From: Lama glama
Lineage: Eukaryota
Assembly: GCA_028534125.1 (NCBI GenBank)
Contig: CM052816.1
Location: 682,001 to 746,000 of the forward strand
Direction of reading: 5' to 3'
Length of the DNA: 64,000 nt
Part shown: piece after piece, positions 51,305 to 62,776 of the stretch
Layout of the letters: each line of letters starts with the position of its first letter
Position numbering within the stretch: position 1 is the stretch's first letter
Made by a program: the position numbers and the translations under genes
Notes under the pieces: generated by a model
What the model saw: the letters and a program-made list of their open reading frames with translations, nothing else
What the model was told of the DNA's origin: nothing
Databases searched by the model: none

Positions 51305-51664
51305 CCTGTGCATCTTCTATTTTACCTTGTTTCCTTATGTAGTGTCCTACCAGGATGGGGCTGGGCGTGTAGGGTGATGGGAGGTGGCAGGGACGGAGGT
51401 TCCAGGAAAAAGGATAGACGATCCTAGGATCCTGATTCATCTTCAGCCTCACTGAGAAATGACACTCCCACTCTAACAAATGCTAGCAAACCATCCCTCC
51501 GTTTGTCCGTTCCATGGACCAATGCAGAAAGACTCTTTTGAAGAAGTGGAAAGAGTGAAAACAAAGTGTTCGGAGGCACAGAATTCTTTAATAACTTGCT
51601 ACCCATTTAGGAATCACTCTATGGCTCAGAGGGGAAAGTCCTTCTAGGATTTGATTCTTTGCAG

Positions 51665-52562
51665 GGCGGAGCTCACAATTTGTCGAGGAGAAGGGCTGTT
51701 CTTCAAGCCCATGTGTCCCACCGGTCTTCTCAGCAACACTGGGGAGTCATCAGAGTTTGGGAACCAGCATCAATGCTGCCAAAATGAGATGTGTAACCAA
51801 AGGGAATGCCAAGGGAAGTGCCAACGCATCTCTGCTCTCGCTTCATTTCCAACCCGATTCCTAACCCATTGCCCTAAGTCTCTGTCTTCTAAGTACCTTC
51901 CCATGACCTATCTCTCTGCTTCTGAGCTGCCCACTGATTATGCCCTCTGATTGCCTTTCCTCCCTGCGCATGGATGCACACAAGTCCTCCTCCTGCACGA
52001 TGAATGACAGCTGGGTGGCTGAAACTAGCCTTGGGGATTTACTCTAAGTGTAAGTCTGTAGATTTAAATTATTTGCTTTCCCATTTGAGCTGAAAAGTTG
52101 TCATTCTTCACCTATTTAATTCCTTACTCTCTTAACAGTACACTTCACACCACAGATTATCTTCTCTCCATTATCTAAGCACCTTTCTCCAGCCAGGGCA
52201 GAGAGGAAAAGATAACATCAAATTACTATAAGATCCTTTTGGCTACATCTTCCCACTTAATACCTCCCCTGTACCCTCCATGCCATTCCAGTTGTAAATA
52301 AGTTTGATTTTTTTTTTGTTGTTGTTGTTGGCAGGAATCCTTGAATAATCATGATCTGGGTCGGGGGTGGCTAATGTTTTCAGCTCTTTGACTTATTCTT
52401 TAAGATAAAAATTTTTCTCTCTTCATTCAGCGCCTCAAAAGTCCTCACCTCCCAGTGGTGTTAAATGGCCCACCTGCTACAATGTGAACGACATTTCCTG
52501 TGAGCCAGTATTCCTCACCTGCAGTGGCACAGAGACAAAATGTGTCATGGTTTTTGACATAG
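51665..52562 (+). pseudogene. Unprocessed pseudogene of a two-domain Ly6/uPAR protein (RoBo-1/LYPD9-like); exons 51665-51813 and 52431-52562
   Basis: Exon A reads RSSQFVEEKGCSSSPCVPPVFSATLGSHQ, frameshift, FGNQHQCCQNEMCNQRECQ (149 nt; donor GT>GG). Exon B reads PQKSSPPSGVKWPTCYNVNDISCEPVFLTCSGTETKCVMVFDI (132 nt; CPTC>WPTC; no canonical donor). Both have phase-1 acceptors like LYPD8 exons 3 and 4. Confidence 0.8.
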
Positions 52563-53084
52563 GCCTACATGGGTGTATCCCCAGATATTCTGGTGTTCAT
52601 CTTCTTAAAGCGCATATAGTATATATTCACTATTTACCGCTGTGTAACAAATTAGTCCCAGACTTGGCAGGGTAAAACAAAACAATCATTTGAAAAAGAA
52701 AAAGAAGACAGAGAAGAAGAGGGGAAAGGAGGAGGAGGAGGGGAGGGAGGCCGGGCAAAACTGCAGTTTTTTAATGATCTAATCTCAGAAGTGACATGTC
52801 ATCACTTCTGCTGTGTCCTGTTGGTTGCACAGACCACCTCTGATACAGCATTGGAGGGAACCACACAAGGGCATGAATACCAGGAAATAGCAATCAATGG
52901 GGGCCACCCCAGAGGCTAACCACCATGTATAGCAAAGGCTGGTACAGAGTCCAGTGCTGGCTGTCCCTCCAAGGTTTGGAGGGAGCCATCTGTCAGGAGG
53001 GGAGAGGAGCTGAGGGGAGAATGGGCCGTGGCTCACTGGCAACGAAGTGAGTGACACGTCAAGTCTGGTTTTTCATCATCACTC

Positions 53085-53584
53085 NNNNNNNNNNNNNNNN
53101 NNNNNNNNNNNNNNNNNNNNNNNNNNNNNNNNNNNNNNNNNNNNNNNNNNNNNNNNNNNNNNNNNNNNNNNNNNNNNNNNNNNNNNNNNNNNNNNNNNNN
53201 NNNNNNNNNNNNNNNNNNNNNNNNNNNNNNNNNNNNNNNNNNNNNNNNNNNNNNNNNNNNNNNNNNNNNNNNNNNNNNNNNNNNNNNNNNNNNNNNNNNN
53301 NNNNNNNNNNNNNNNNNNNNNNNNNNNNNNNNNNNNNNNNNNNNNNNNNNNNNNNNNNNNNNNNNNNNNNNNNNNNNNNNNNNNNNNNNNNNNNNNNNNN
53401 NNNNNNNNNNNNNNNNNNNNNNNNNNNNNNNNNNNNNNNNNNNNNNNNNNNNNNNNNNNNNNNNNNNNNNNNNNNNNNNNNNNNNNNNNNNNNNNNNNNN
53501 NNNNNNNNNNNNNNNNNNNNNNNNNNNNNNNNNNNNNNNNNNNNNNNNNNNNNNNNNNNNNNNNNNNNNNNNNNNNNNNNNNNN
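53085..53584. other. Assembly gap (500 N, true size probably unknown)
   Basis: Run of exactly 500 N, a round number typical of scaffolding joins. Confidence 1.
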
Positions 53585-54850
53585 AAAAAAAAAGAAAGCT
53601 CACAGAGATAAGCTAGTCAAAATTCTTCTGGTTGCACTGAAGAAAAAATTGGGGGAAAAAAAGAATATATGGTACAGCACAGAAAATATAACCAATATTT
53701 TATAATAACTATAAATGGAATATAACCTTTCAAAATTGTGACTCACTATGTTGTACACCTGAAACTTAAATAATATTGTACATAAACTACACCTCAATAA
53801 ACAAATAAAATTTAAAATAAAAAAATTATGAAAGAGCCAGGGACTTTAGTGAGCACCCTCCAGCCCCTCCCTCTGGCATCCTTCTCCTCCCTCCCTCATC
53901 CATCAGCTGCCCTGCCCACGGCCCTGCACACTCTGCCGAGTGGCCCAGAGGCTAGCGCTCGTACTGGCACATAATGTGAGCAGTGCTCTCAAAAATCCCT
54001 AGGCCAGGCCACATCATAGGAATAAAGTCAGTATCTCTGAGGTGGGATCAAGTACATTGATATTTTTAAGACTTCCAGGTGGTTCCAACATGCAGCTCTT
54101 ATTAAAATGCAGATTCTGACTTCATACATCCTAGGGTCAGGCCCGCAGTCCTGCACTTCTAACAGGCACAGGGTATCTGCCCACGCTGCTGGCCCTTAGA
54201 CGGTTCTAAAACACACAAAGCAAGCTCCTGCCCTCAGAAGAAGAGAGCTGTCATCTAGCAAGACAGGCGTCAGGCTTCCCATCAGGAGGTTGAGTCTGAG
54301 TCCCTGCCGGCCTTCCTCACAGCTGTGTGGTCTTGGTTAAGTGTCTTGCTTTCTCAGCCTTAATTTTAGGGCTCTGATGAGCCGGTCTTCTTCTCTCACT
54401 CCCTCTCTCTCTCTCTTACTCCCCCTCTCCCATCTTCTTTACAGCTATTTTGAACTATCTGTCATTGTCAATGGCACCTGCTTTCCCAGCTCCCACCCTT
54501 TGAACCCACTGTTCCCTCCGTCTGGGCTGCCAACACTTGGCCCTCTGGTGCCCCATCCTTCAAGGATCCGACTGGTCAAAGTCTCCCCTCTACCATTGGC
54601 CCTTGTCTCCTGACTGTCCCCACAACCCAACTGTTAAGTCACTGTGAGCAGGACCTGGGTCTCAGCCGCCACTGAAGCCCCAGCAGACCGTCCTTGATGA
54701 ACCAACAATAAATAGAAAGGCCATCCTGTTAATGGTGCCAAGGCAAAGAGAGAGCTGAGACTTACTGCTGCCAGTAGAAAGGTGAGCCGCCTTTCTCCTT
54801 AGTTTTGTCCCACAGTGAGTGTCTCCTATAGAGGTTAAACCCAAGCATTC

Positions 54851-55699
54851 CAAATCAAAACTACAATGAGGTGTCACCTCACACCAGTCAGACTGGTCAT
54901 CACTAAAAAGGTCTACAAACAATAAATGCTGGAGAGGCTGTGGAGAAAAGGGAGCCCTCCTACACTGCTGGTGGGAATGTAAATTGGTGCAGCCACTATG
55001 GAGGACAGTATGGAGATTACTTTAAAAACTAAAAATAGGTTTGCCATGATCCAGCAATCCCCCTCCTGGGCTTATATCTGGAAGGAACTCTAATTCGAAA
55101 AGATACCTGCACCCCAATGTTCATAGCAGCACTATTTACAATAGCTAATACATGGAGGCAACCTAAATGTCCATCAACAGAGGACTGGATAAAGAAGTTG
55201 TGGTATATTTATACAATGGAATACTATTCAGCCATGAAAATGAATGAAATAATGTCATTTGCAGCATAGATGGACCTGAAGATCATCATTCTAAATAAAG
55301 TAAGCGGGAAAGAGAAAGAACAATACCATATGATACCACTTACATATAGACTCTAAAAAGGAAAAAAAAGACACAAATGATCTTATTTACAAAACAGAAA
55401 CAGACTCACAGACATAGAAAACAAATTTATAGTTACCAGAGGGGAAAGGGGGTGGGAAGGGATAAATTGGGAGTTTGAAATTTGCAGATACTAACTACTA
55501 TATATAAAATAGATAAACAACAAGTTCATACTGGATAGCACAGGAAGCTATATTCAATATCTCATAGTAACCTTTAATGAAAAAGAATATGAAAATGAAT
55601 ATATGTATCTATACGTATGACTGAAACTTTTTGCTGTACACCAGAGACTGACACAACATTGTAAACTGACTATACTTCAATTTAAAAAAAAAAAAAAAA
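54851..55699 (+). mobile_element. Young 5'-truncated L1 in the NLRP3 intron after the NACHT exon
   Basis: ORF2 C-terminus, 3'UTR and poly(A); TSD 'cccaagcattc' on both sides. Confidence 0.92.
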
Positions 55700-56545
55700 C
55701 CCCAAGCATTCAGAGCCGCCACCTCCCCATAGCCACTGTAGCTGTGACAGTTTCCGTGAAGGGACTTAGAAGTCAGGTAACTCAACCGCTTTACTGTACA
55801 GACACAGCAAATTGGCTTCTAACTCCCTAGCAGGTGGGTGAACAGAGCCTGAAGGGGGTGGCTGTTGGTGAATGCCTGGTTGCAAACACAAGGTGGGGGC
55901 CTCGAAGCACTCTCTCCTTTCGAGCCCCATGTCCCTTGACTTCCCCTCATTGGTTGTTCCAGTGAAGCCACATTCCCTCCCCATCTTCCCCAACATAAAC
56001 ACTCTTTCTCAGACCACACTGATGACTTCATACCAGATTGCACTGCCAAAATCCCTTTACCTTCTCCTCCACTCACCCACATCCTATCAGTTCTTCAAGG
56101 CAGGCTCAAGCTTCACTCCTCCGAGACCCTCCCCCACCGCCAGCATCCAGCGCTAAGAGCCCTCTGTCCTCTGTGTTCCTGAGCAGGGTCACTGGGGCTG
56201 TTTTGCCCCTTAGGTACTGACAGGCAATTATGCACGAAAGCCCCAAGTAAATTGCAAGCGATCTGAGTTGACATTTTTACACAATTCTTTTCCCCACATA
56301 ATACCTGGTGCTAAATTCACATCCACCAAACATTTGCTCATTGGTTCCTTGAGTTTTTTCTCAAGCCATTTGTCCACCTACCCTTCCCCTACTAGTCCCC
56401 TATCTGCCAATGAAGGTGTCTGGTAGAAATGGGAGGAGGTAGCATCATTATGTAGCTGTGGCAACTGCATTTGCAAGACAGCTGAGAAGAGGGGAGAGGG
56501 AGCAAGGGAAGGCGGCTAGAAAGAAGACATCTCCTGTCACCTTAC

Positions 56546-58316
56546 CGCTGAGAATATGCAACAGGGGGCTCACTGTGGTCCACTTCAGAGTATTGAACCC
56601 CTTCCTCCTCCCCTTTCTCCTCCTCCTCTTCCTCCTCCTCCTCCTTGGGTGAGTTATGGAGCAGCCTCAGGGAAAGTGATTCCACATGGCGACAGTTTTC
56701 AATGCAAAAAGAAGAAACCACGTGGTCCATTCTAGTGGAGAGGTTGATCTCAATTTGGGGGAAATGGACCATGGCCCTTTGCAGAAAGTCCTCCTCCTGC
56801 ATCTCATACAAACAGTAGAACAGTTCCAGCTGGCTGGGCTCAGTTTGTAGCTTCTTGGCCGTGGCTTTCGCCTCGATCCATTTCAGCAGCTCCAGCCTGA
56901 TTTTCTGAGAGATCTTGCAACTCAGTTTTTTCTCCAGGTAGGACGTTCTCTCCTGGTTTACAAGACCAAAGAGGAAACGGACAACAAAAATCAGATACCC
57001 CTTTTCAAATTTGCCGTAGTTTTCAAGAAGGACGGTCACGTCCCGGGTGGGAAGCTTGGAACAGCTCCACGGTGCGTTCCTCCTCTCCCCCTGATCCTCC
57101 TCCTCGAGCAGGTAGTACATGGCAGCAAAGAACTCCTGGAAAGTCATGTGGTTGAAGCTGTAGAATTTCTCACAGTCCACTTCCTTTTGGAATAGGTTCA
57201 TCCTCAGGAAAGCAGACATGTCTGCCTTCTGCAGGCCGTGATTCCTGAGATCACACTCCTCAAATAGGATTTTCTGGTTCCAGATGCCATCTGCAGCCAA
57301 CGAGCAGAGACCCCGGAGGTTGGCGGAGACCTGGTGCTCCCGGCTCCCTCCTTGAGATTGCAACAAACTGGAGAGGAAGAATATGTAGACGGCAGTGGTG
57401 GTCTTGGACGTCCGAGCAAGACTCTTGCCACTGTCCATCTGCTGTTTCAGCCCAGTGCACACAATCCAGCAGACCAGGGGGATAAAGCACATGGTGAAGA
57501 GGATCTCATTCTCCTGAATCAGCCGGAAGGCTTCCCTGGCTTGCTGCTCATCTGAGAAATACTTAAAGAAATATTCTTTCCTCTTGGCCTCTGAGAAACC
57601 CAGGATCTCCACATGGCGAGCCCGGCCCAGCAAGTGCTGAAGTTTCTCCAGGGCCACCGGTCTCGTGGTGATGAGCAGGGAGGCTTCCGGGAGCAGTCTT
57701 TTTCTGATGAGGCTGCTCAGGAGAATGTCTCCCCGCTCCACCTTCTTCCAGTTCGTGCAGAGGGCCTCCGTGTGCTCGTCAAAGGCACCTTGCAGCTCAT
57801 CGAAGCCGTCCATGAGGAAGAGGATCCGGGAAGGCTTGCTCACGATCTTGCCTATGGGTGGGTATGGGTCAGGGCAGCAGCTGGCGATCAGGTCCCCCAG
57901 GCTCCTCTGGGTCCCGAGGCTCACCTCCCGGCAGTGGATGTAAAACAAGTAGTCAAATCTGTCCTGGTAAAGCTTCCCTGATGCCCAGTCCAGCATGATC
58001 TTCCTGGCCAGGATTGTCTTCCCGATGCCCGCTGCTCCCTGGAACACCACCGTGTGCACAGGATCAGAGTGTTGGTCCTCGGGATCAAACAGCGTCTCCA
58101 AGTTCAGGGAGCTCACGGGTCCATCCCACATCTTGGCCGAGGTCCTCCCAATGGCCAGGAGTTCGTGCTCCCTCTCCCGCTGGCTCCGATGCTCCTTGAT
58201 GAGACGCAGCCGGGTGAAACGCTTGTTGAGGTTCACGCTCTCACCCAGACGGGCGTTCCTGTCTTTGATGCACTGAAATCTGCTTCGTACGTGATTCCTG
58301 TACTTCTTACAGTAAT
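56546..58316 (-). CDS. NLRP3: NLRP3 FISNA/NACHT exon (1771 nt)
   Basis: [33 protein letters not shown]; Walker A GAAGIGKT; Walker [36 protein letters not shown]; acidic loop. Acceptor ctgcag| at 58317, donor |gtaag at 56545, ORF uninterrupted. Confidence 0.97.
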
Positions 58317-58855
58317 CTGCAGCAGAGACAGAAAGTTAGACTTTGGAAGAAGCCTGAGCACATCCACCCAGCGATGAGCTATCAGCAGGGACCTGTGGGT
58401 CGGTAAGGAGCGGTCACTGGAATTGAGAAACGGGAGATGAGATGCCATTTCCCTCCACTGCTTGGGTATGGACGGACCCAGAAAATCCAGGATGTCAAAC
58501 TCCTCCTATGCACGGCAGAAGAACAGCAAAGTGCTATATGCACTGCGCCTGGCCAGAAAATCCTTTTTTATTCAATCTTACTCCGTTAGATAGTCTGCAG
58601 CTCATGTGTTTCAAAACCAGAAACGCTCGATTGCCTCCCCTTGGTTCTGGGACTGCCAGGAGCCGTGCAAACATTCATCTATATCCCTTCAGCTAAAGTG
58701 GATTTCCTGAGACAGGATTTTGCACCCCAGGGAGCAGGAACATGTTAGAATCACCAAGCTGTTCAGCTTTCCAGCTTCGAGTACCTACCGAACCAGGTCT
58801 CCAAACCCAATTGGAAGTGCTACCTGCCCCACCCTCACCCCTCCCACTGGCTTAC

Positions 58856-58960
58856 CTTTCTTTTTTTTACAAACAGAGATTCTGGAAAGGAATCCGAGTA
58901 AACCCATCCACTCCTCTTCAAGGCTTTCTTCCCGGCATATCACAGAAACATTGGCATTGT
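58856..58960 (-). CDS. NLRP3: NLRP3 linker exon ([35 protein letters not shown])
   Basis: ttctcag| acceptor, |gtaag donor, 105 nt phase 1-1, EEEWMGLL motif and polybasic stretch. Confidence 0.93.
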
Positions 58961-59489
58961 CTGAGAATAAAAGGAAGGAAAACACAGTGTCAAAAACCAG
59001 GACTCCTGATTAAGGTGATGTAATTGAGAGCCAATATCTGACACCTGGCACCAGTCAAAGGCACCTACCCTGAACATCTCCCAAACCAAAGCACAGCTCA
59101 GTCGATGTCCCTTTGGGAGCATTCCTGTACTCCTGACGTCAGAGCAATAGCATTGTGTCCGCACTGTACCCAGCCACAGAATCTGCCTCCCAGGCCTGGA
59201 AATTAAACGGCAAATATGTGCGGCAGACAAGTTTTCTTTTAGCCTTACTTGACTTTGGCAGACTCCCTCCCTGGTACTCCGGCTTTGAGGCCATCGCCCC
59301 ACTCTTCAATATCCCCAGGATGGCCAAAGGCCAGCAGGATCATCCTTCTTTGACCCTAAAGGCCTGGAATTCATCTTCCCCACATTCTGAGTCTTCAAGA
59401 GTAAGAATAAACAACCTGGCTTATGTCTAACTCAGTATTCAGAATCCCGGCTGACTTTAGATTCACCTAGAAATCTTTAAAAATGTGTA

Positions 59490-59682
59490 GAATAGATACA
59501 CAAGATTATACTGTACAGCACAGGGAAATACATACAAGATCTTGTGGTAGCTCACAGTGAAAAAGAATGCGACAATGAATATATGTATGTTCACATATAA
59601 CTGAAAAATTGTGCTCTACACTGGAATTTGACACAACCTTGTAAAATGACTATAACGCAATAAAATAAAATTAAAACAAAAA
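59490..59682 (+). mobile_element. L1 3' end fragment
   Basis: 'agaatagatacacaagattatactgtacagcacagggaaat...ttgtaaaatgactataacgcaataaaa'. Confidence 0.8.
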
Positions 59683-59752
59683 CTGATTCCAGGACTCCAC
59701 CCACAGTGATCCTTTTTCAGTTCTCTGAGGTGGAGCCCAGGCACCATTATAT

Positions 59753-59893
59753 TTTGGGGAGGGAGTGAGGGAGGTAATTAGGTTTATTTCCTTATTTATT
59801 TATTATTTATTTTTAAGGGAGGTACTGGGGATTGAACCCAGGACCTCATGCATCGAAGCAGGCACTCTACCGCTGAGCTATACCCTCTCCGTT
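59753..59893 (-). mobile_element. tRNA-derived camelid-type SINE with 15-bp TSD
   Basis: 'gggattgaacccaggacctc...ctctaccgctgagctataccc'; TSD 'caggcaccattatat' at 59738 and 59894. Confidence 0.9.
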
Positions 59894-61526
59894 CAGGCAC
59901 CATTATATCTTAAAAGCTCCAACGTGCATCCACAGTTGACAATCACAATCTAAACAATCGCTAAATAACACATCCCAAAGAGGTGTCCTACAGGAGAAAT
60001 TAGACACAGCAGAACAAGAGCTAGGTACCAGGGGAAATAGATGGGACACACGCCTTTAGGTGGGCAGGAACCCAAGAGCTACATAAAGCATTCCTGATCG
60101 GTGTCTTGTCTGCCTATTCTGAGTGCAAATGCTATTAACCCAACACACACAAAACCACAAAACAAAATCTAAACATTAACTCACACCAAGATCAAAACTT
60201 AATTCTTACCTGAAACCTAACCTTAGCCACTGACCCCCCACACACACACACACACAAAACACAAAATACTTCTACCCCTAGTTAGAATTCTTCCGTCCCA
60301 AAACCCAGATGTGGAAGCCAAACGGCATAGTGGTTAAGAGCCAGGCTTCCGCCAGAGACACGTTTGGCACTGAATCCCAGCCTGGGCTCTGACTAGAACA
60401 GAGCCACAGACAACAAGAACCTCTTCCAGGCTCACTTCACGTGGTCGTGCAACCATCTCTGGAATTCTTTTTCATCCTGTAAAACTGAAACTCTATACCC
60501 AGTAAGCAACAACTCCCTGTTCCCTATTCCCTAGGGCCCCTGGCAACCCTCACTTTCTGTCTCTATGACCGTGACTCTTCTAGGTACCTCTTATAAATGG
60601 AAGCATAAAGTATTTGTCTTTTTGTGACGGGCTAATTTCCCTCAGTGTAATGAAATTGATAGTGCATTTGGAAAAGTGCAGGCTTCCTGGGGTTCTGGTG
60701 AGGAATAAACAAAACCCACAAAAACTGCTCAGCAAACTACTTCTGCAACTGTGATTATTACGGTTTAATTTGGTTATTTATGTACGTAAGCACTGACACA
60801 GTTGTAATTGCGTTATTACACACGGCTTGTTGAAAACATCCCACTGGTATACACACCCCTACCTCCTGCCCCCATATTATTTTTCTCTCCCTTGTTACAC
60901 CCATGTTGCACCTCCTGACTTGACTTGCTGATTCTTTTTTTTTGTTTTTTTTTTTTGGCACTATAGATACATTTCAAGTGACTTTAGATATGCCAGTGTG
61001 GACGATACAAGGTTGGAAATAAAAACAGGGTAAACGTAACAATTCGTTAGAAAACTGAAGACTTATGTCTATAAAACTGACTTCATGTGGCTTGGGGGCA
61101 CCGTGTCCACACATTGTACATTTCTGTGTGTTTCAGTGTCCATGTAAGTTTTTTTAGGGTTTTCACTGGCTTTACGAGTTAAAATGGGCTGTGCCTTCCT
61201 GGAGGTGCCTTTGTTTTAATTGCAAGCATTTTATAATTTTGTATGGATGTCTATTTTCTCTAAATATTTTGCTTTCAGTAGAATGCTTTCCAACTCTGTC
61301 TAGCATGTTACCAGTGGATTGGCAGAATGGCTTTTTATTGATTGGTAAAGTTTGTTGCCTACGCTTTTTACCTTAGGCTTCCACAATTGAATAAAAATTA
61401 TTGGCCAAAAAAAAAAAAAAGGTGGCAACACGGATGAAGCTTAAGGATGTTTATGCTAGGTGAAATAAGCCAGACACAAAAAGACAAATGCTGTATGATT
61501 CCACTCATAAAAGGTACTGAAATAAT

Positions 61527-61676
61527 GGGGAGGGTGTAACTCAGTGGTAGAGCACATGCTTAACATGTACAAGGTCCTGGGTTCAATCCCCAGCACCTCC
61601 GTTAAAAAAAATAAATAAAGAAGTTAAAAATAAATAAATAAACCTAATTACCCCCCCCAACATTTTTTAAAAAAAA
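61527..61676 (+). mobile_element. tRNA-derived camelid-type SINE inserted in an old L1 3' end
   Basis: 'ggggagggtgtaactcagtggtagagcacatgcttaacatg...gggttcaatcccc...aacctaattacccccccc'. Confidence 0.88.
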
Positions 61677-61895
61677 TACTGGAATAGTCAAATTCATAGT
61701 GACACAAAGTGGTGGTTACCAGGGGCTGAAGGGAGGGCAGAATGAGTAATTCTTGTTTAATGGGTACAGAGTTTTGCAATATCAAAAAGAGTTCTGGAGA
61801 TTGCACAACAATGTAAATGTGCTTAATACTACTGAATCATATACTTAAAAACGATCAATAGCAAATTTTGTATTACTTGTATTTTATTACAATTA

Positions 61896-62219
<324 letters not shown>

Positions 62220-62717
62220 TCAGAGTCCCTGAGCATAGGTCCACGCTGGGAAGTCAGGTGGTGAAAACAGCATATGCGTAAGAAGTCGTTTTGAAAGTCC
62301 ACCCTGTATGGCACAGGGAATTGTACGCAATATCTTGTAAGAACCTATAATGAAAAAGAATATGAAAACGAATAGATGTTCATGTATGTATGACTGAAAC
62401 ATTAATGCTGTGCACCAGAAACTGACACATTGTAACTGACTGTACTTCAATAAAAAAGTCAAGAACAAAAAATAAAAACAAAAATGACATCTGAGCAGAG
62501 ATCTGAATAAATTTAAAAGTGAGCAGAAAAAAAAAGTGTGCACACCAAAAAGGAAATTTCTCATACAAGTATATTTTACTATTAATGACCTCTCTACACA
62601 TATTTTTTTAGAAGTCCACTCTCAGAGAGAACTAACCGATCAAAAACCCAGAAAAGTATCACCAGACTATATAACAAGTTGCCCTCTTTAGTTTTGAAAA
62701 GTGAACCAAATACTTAC

Positions 62718-62776
62718 CAGGTTTTCCTATAAGCTCGACCCAAGAGTGCGTCCTGAGCCATGGAAGAAAGCTGTCT
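62718..62776 (-). other. NLRP3: NLRP3 5'UTR exon
   Basis: 'ctttcttccatggctcaggacgcactcttgggtcgagc' resembles the recalled human/mouse NLRP3 leader; donor CTG|GTAAGT at 62718/62717; 5' boundary approximate. Confidence 0.65.

Noticed and set aside
53047..53616. Long ORFs in the track at 53047-53616 and 120-380
   Set aside because: They are open only because they run through N gaps.
57151..57153. NLRP3 winged-helix motif reads YSFNHMTF rather than human YSFIHMTF
   Set aside because: The functional His is kept and I recall the preceding residue differing in mouse too, so this is weak evidence of altered function.
56542..58236. The 564-aa ORF as a stand-alone gene
   Set aside because: It is the internal NACHT exon; its start is a GTG inside the exon and its stop lies in the splice donor.
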